A stretch of 47,165 nt of DNA from Smithella sp. (lineage in GTDB: Bacteria; Desulfobacterota; Syntrophia; Syntrophales; Smithellaceae): the NCBI GenBank assembly GCA_030018675.1, contig JASEHT010000001.1:1-47165 (forward strand). Reading direction: 5' to 3'. Below, piece after piece: positions 45,925 to 47,165 of the stretch; the first letter of the stretch is position 1; each line of letters starts with the position of its first letter. The notes under the pieces are model-generated. The model worked only from the letters and a program-made list of their open reading frames with translations, ran no database searches and was not told the origin of the DNA. The translations under genes and the position numbers were made by a program.

Positions 45925-47165
45925 ATGCCCCTGAAGCATGAACAAAAATACCGCAGCTGGGTGGAAGTTAATCTTGATCATTTTATCGCCAATCTCAAAG
46001 AAATAAAAAGGTTAATCGGACCCAAAACCGATTTCATGCCGGCGATCAAGGCCGACGCTTACGGACACGGCGCTATAGAGATTTCCCGCGCGGCGCTGCA
46101 AAGCGGGGCGAAGATGCTGGGCGTCGCCAACGCCGATGAAGGCGTTCAACTGCGCATCAGCGGCATTGAAGCGCCGATTGTTATTCTGGGACCATCCACG
46201 GATGCGGAAATCGCCCCAATCATCAAATACAACCTGACGCCATCGCTGTCGGATTATGCTTTCGCTTTTAAACTCAACAAGGCGCTTTCCAAATCAGGCC
46301 GGAAATTTCCCGTCCATATCGAAGTGGATACCGGCATGGGACGCGGAGGCGCCATGCATACCGAAGCGCTTGATTTGGTAGAGAAAACATCGAAGCTGGG
46401 CCATATCAGACTGGAAGGCATTTTCAGCCACCTCGCCTCCAGTGAAAAACTGATTTCTGATAACGACAAACAATGGCTGTTGTTTTCCAATCTTCTCGCC
46501 GACATCGAAAGCGCGGGAATCGACATTCCCGTCAGACATCTGGACAACAGCGGCGCCATTTTAAACTACCCCGGTTTTAAACTGAATATGGTGCGACCGG
46601 GCATCATGACCTACGGCATTTATCCCGGACCGGATACCGCATCAAAAGCCAGGCTTGCTCCGGTCATGTCTTTTAAAACCAATGTTATTTTACTGAAAAC
46701 GTTTCCCGCCGGGTGCGGCGTCGGCTACAACAGCACGTTTGTCACTTCACGACCCACGCGCATCGCGACCATTCCCGTCGGTTACGGAGACGGTTACGCC
46801 TTTATTCTTTCCAATCAGGGCGAGGCGCTTATCCGCGGGAAAAGAGCGCCCATTGTGGGACGGGTTTCGATGGATATGTGTACCGTTGACGTGACGCATA
46901 TCCCCGAATGCCGGACGGGCGATGAAGTGGTCTTGATGGGCAGACAGGGCAGGGATTTCATCAGCGCCGATGAAATCGCCGCGAAAGCCAAAACCATCAG
47001 TTACGAAGTGGTTTGCGCCTTGGGCAAAAGAGCGCCGCGTGTTTTTATCCAGAAAGGGGAAAAACAATCCATCGAACCGCGCTTAAGAAGAATATTCGTT
47101 CCCGATGAAGAGAAATCCATCTCCCGCATTGACAATATCATCCGCCATTGCCTGCAGACGCGCGC
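45925..47165 (+). CDS. alr: Alanine racemase (runs off the right edge)
   Basis: Not in the track because no stop lies in the window. My translation is MPLKHEQKYRSWVEVNLDHF...AIKADAYGHGA (PLP-Lys motif)...GYGDGY...RVSMDM...EVVCALGKRAPRVF, followed by at least 35 additional residues. Confidence 0.85.
   Translation, partial: MPLKHEQKYRSWVEVNLDHFIANLKEIKRLIGPKTDFMPAIKADAYGHGAIEISRAALQSGAKMLGVANADEGVQLRISGIEAPIVILGPSTDAEIAPIIKYNLTPSLSDYAFAFKLNKALSKSGRKFPVHIEVDTGMGRGGAMHTEALDLVEKTSKLGHIRLEGIFSHLASSEKLISDNDKQWLLFSNLLADIESAGIDIPVRHLDNSGAILNYPGFKLNMVRPGIMTYGIYPGPDTASKARLAPVMSFKTNVILLKTFPAGCGVGYNSTFVTSRPTRIATIPVGYGDGYAFILSNQGEALIRGKRAPIVGRVSMDMCTVDVTHIPECRTGDEVVLMGRQGRDFISADEIAAKAKTISYEVVCALGKRAPRVFIQKGEKQSIEPRLRRIFVPDEEKSISRIDNIIRHCLQTR

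Noticed and set aside
1-47165. tRNA, rRNA, tmRNA, RNase P or CRISPR features
   Set aside because: I recognised none while reading the intergenic regions on both strands. I cannot exclude a tRNA without running a covariance-model scan.

Overview
This 47-kb window is transcribed mostly from the minus strand. It looks like the anaerobic hydrocarbon-activation locus of a sulfate-reducer or syntroph-like bacterium; no taxon can be assigned from sequence alone.

Gene content:
- 12270-24468 is one long operon. It carries a split B12 acyl-CoA mutase, MeaB and a PrpD-family gene. These are followed by a fumarate-adding glycyl-radical enzyme set of the alkylsuccinate synthase type: activase, a 54-aa gamma-like subunit missing from the ORF track, an 836-aa catalytic subunit, a beta-like subunit, two small zinc-ribbon ORFs, a MoxR ATPase and an HExxH+vWA protein.
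- 1-2402 holds a second, orphan glycyl-radical enzyme that runs off the left edge. It is absent from the ORF track because it has no stop codon in the window.
- Further minus-strand units are acyl-CoA dehydrogenase + acyl-CoA ligase, class-I fumarate hydratase + DUF4037-like/epimerase/DUF4125-like genes, and two crotonases + an NMO/FabK-like reductase + a PNPOx-like protein.
- A clearly more GC-rich bioB-F-D-A block sits 7 nt behind an AT-rich class-B radical SAM gene.
- The right side looks like core genome: gap-pgk-tpiA plus a long divergent gap paralog, a 1408-aa PPDK-N/phosphohistidine protein without the TIM barrel, a desulforedoxin-like protein with a Lys-rich tail, and alr (partial).

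Main non-obvious signals:
- Four canonical sigma-54 promoters lie on the minus strand. Three carry a near-identical upstream pseudo-palindrome, tying the orphan GRE, the synthase operon and the beta-oxidation unit into one regulon, with the fumarase operon as a probable fourth member. No activator gene is in the window.
- One synthase-operon zinc-ribbon ORF has an in-frame TGA in a C-x3-TGA-x2-C context, making it either a selenocysteine candidate or a recent pseudogene.
- Two inverted copies of a ~250-300-nt multi-hairpin element share a perfect 21-mer end and bracket 37.8 kb.
- A decayed IS256-family element sits next to one enhancer site, and a second IS remnant marks the island/core boundary.

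All calls come from reading the sequence and from remembered family motifs. No searches were run.
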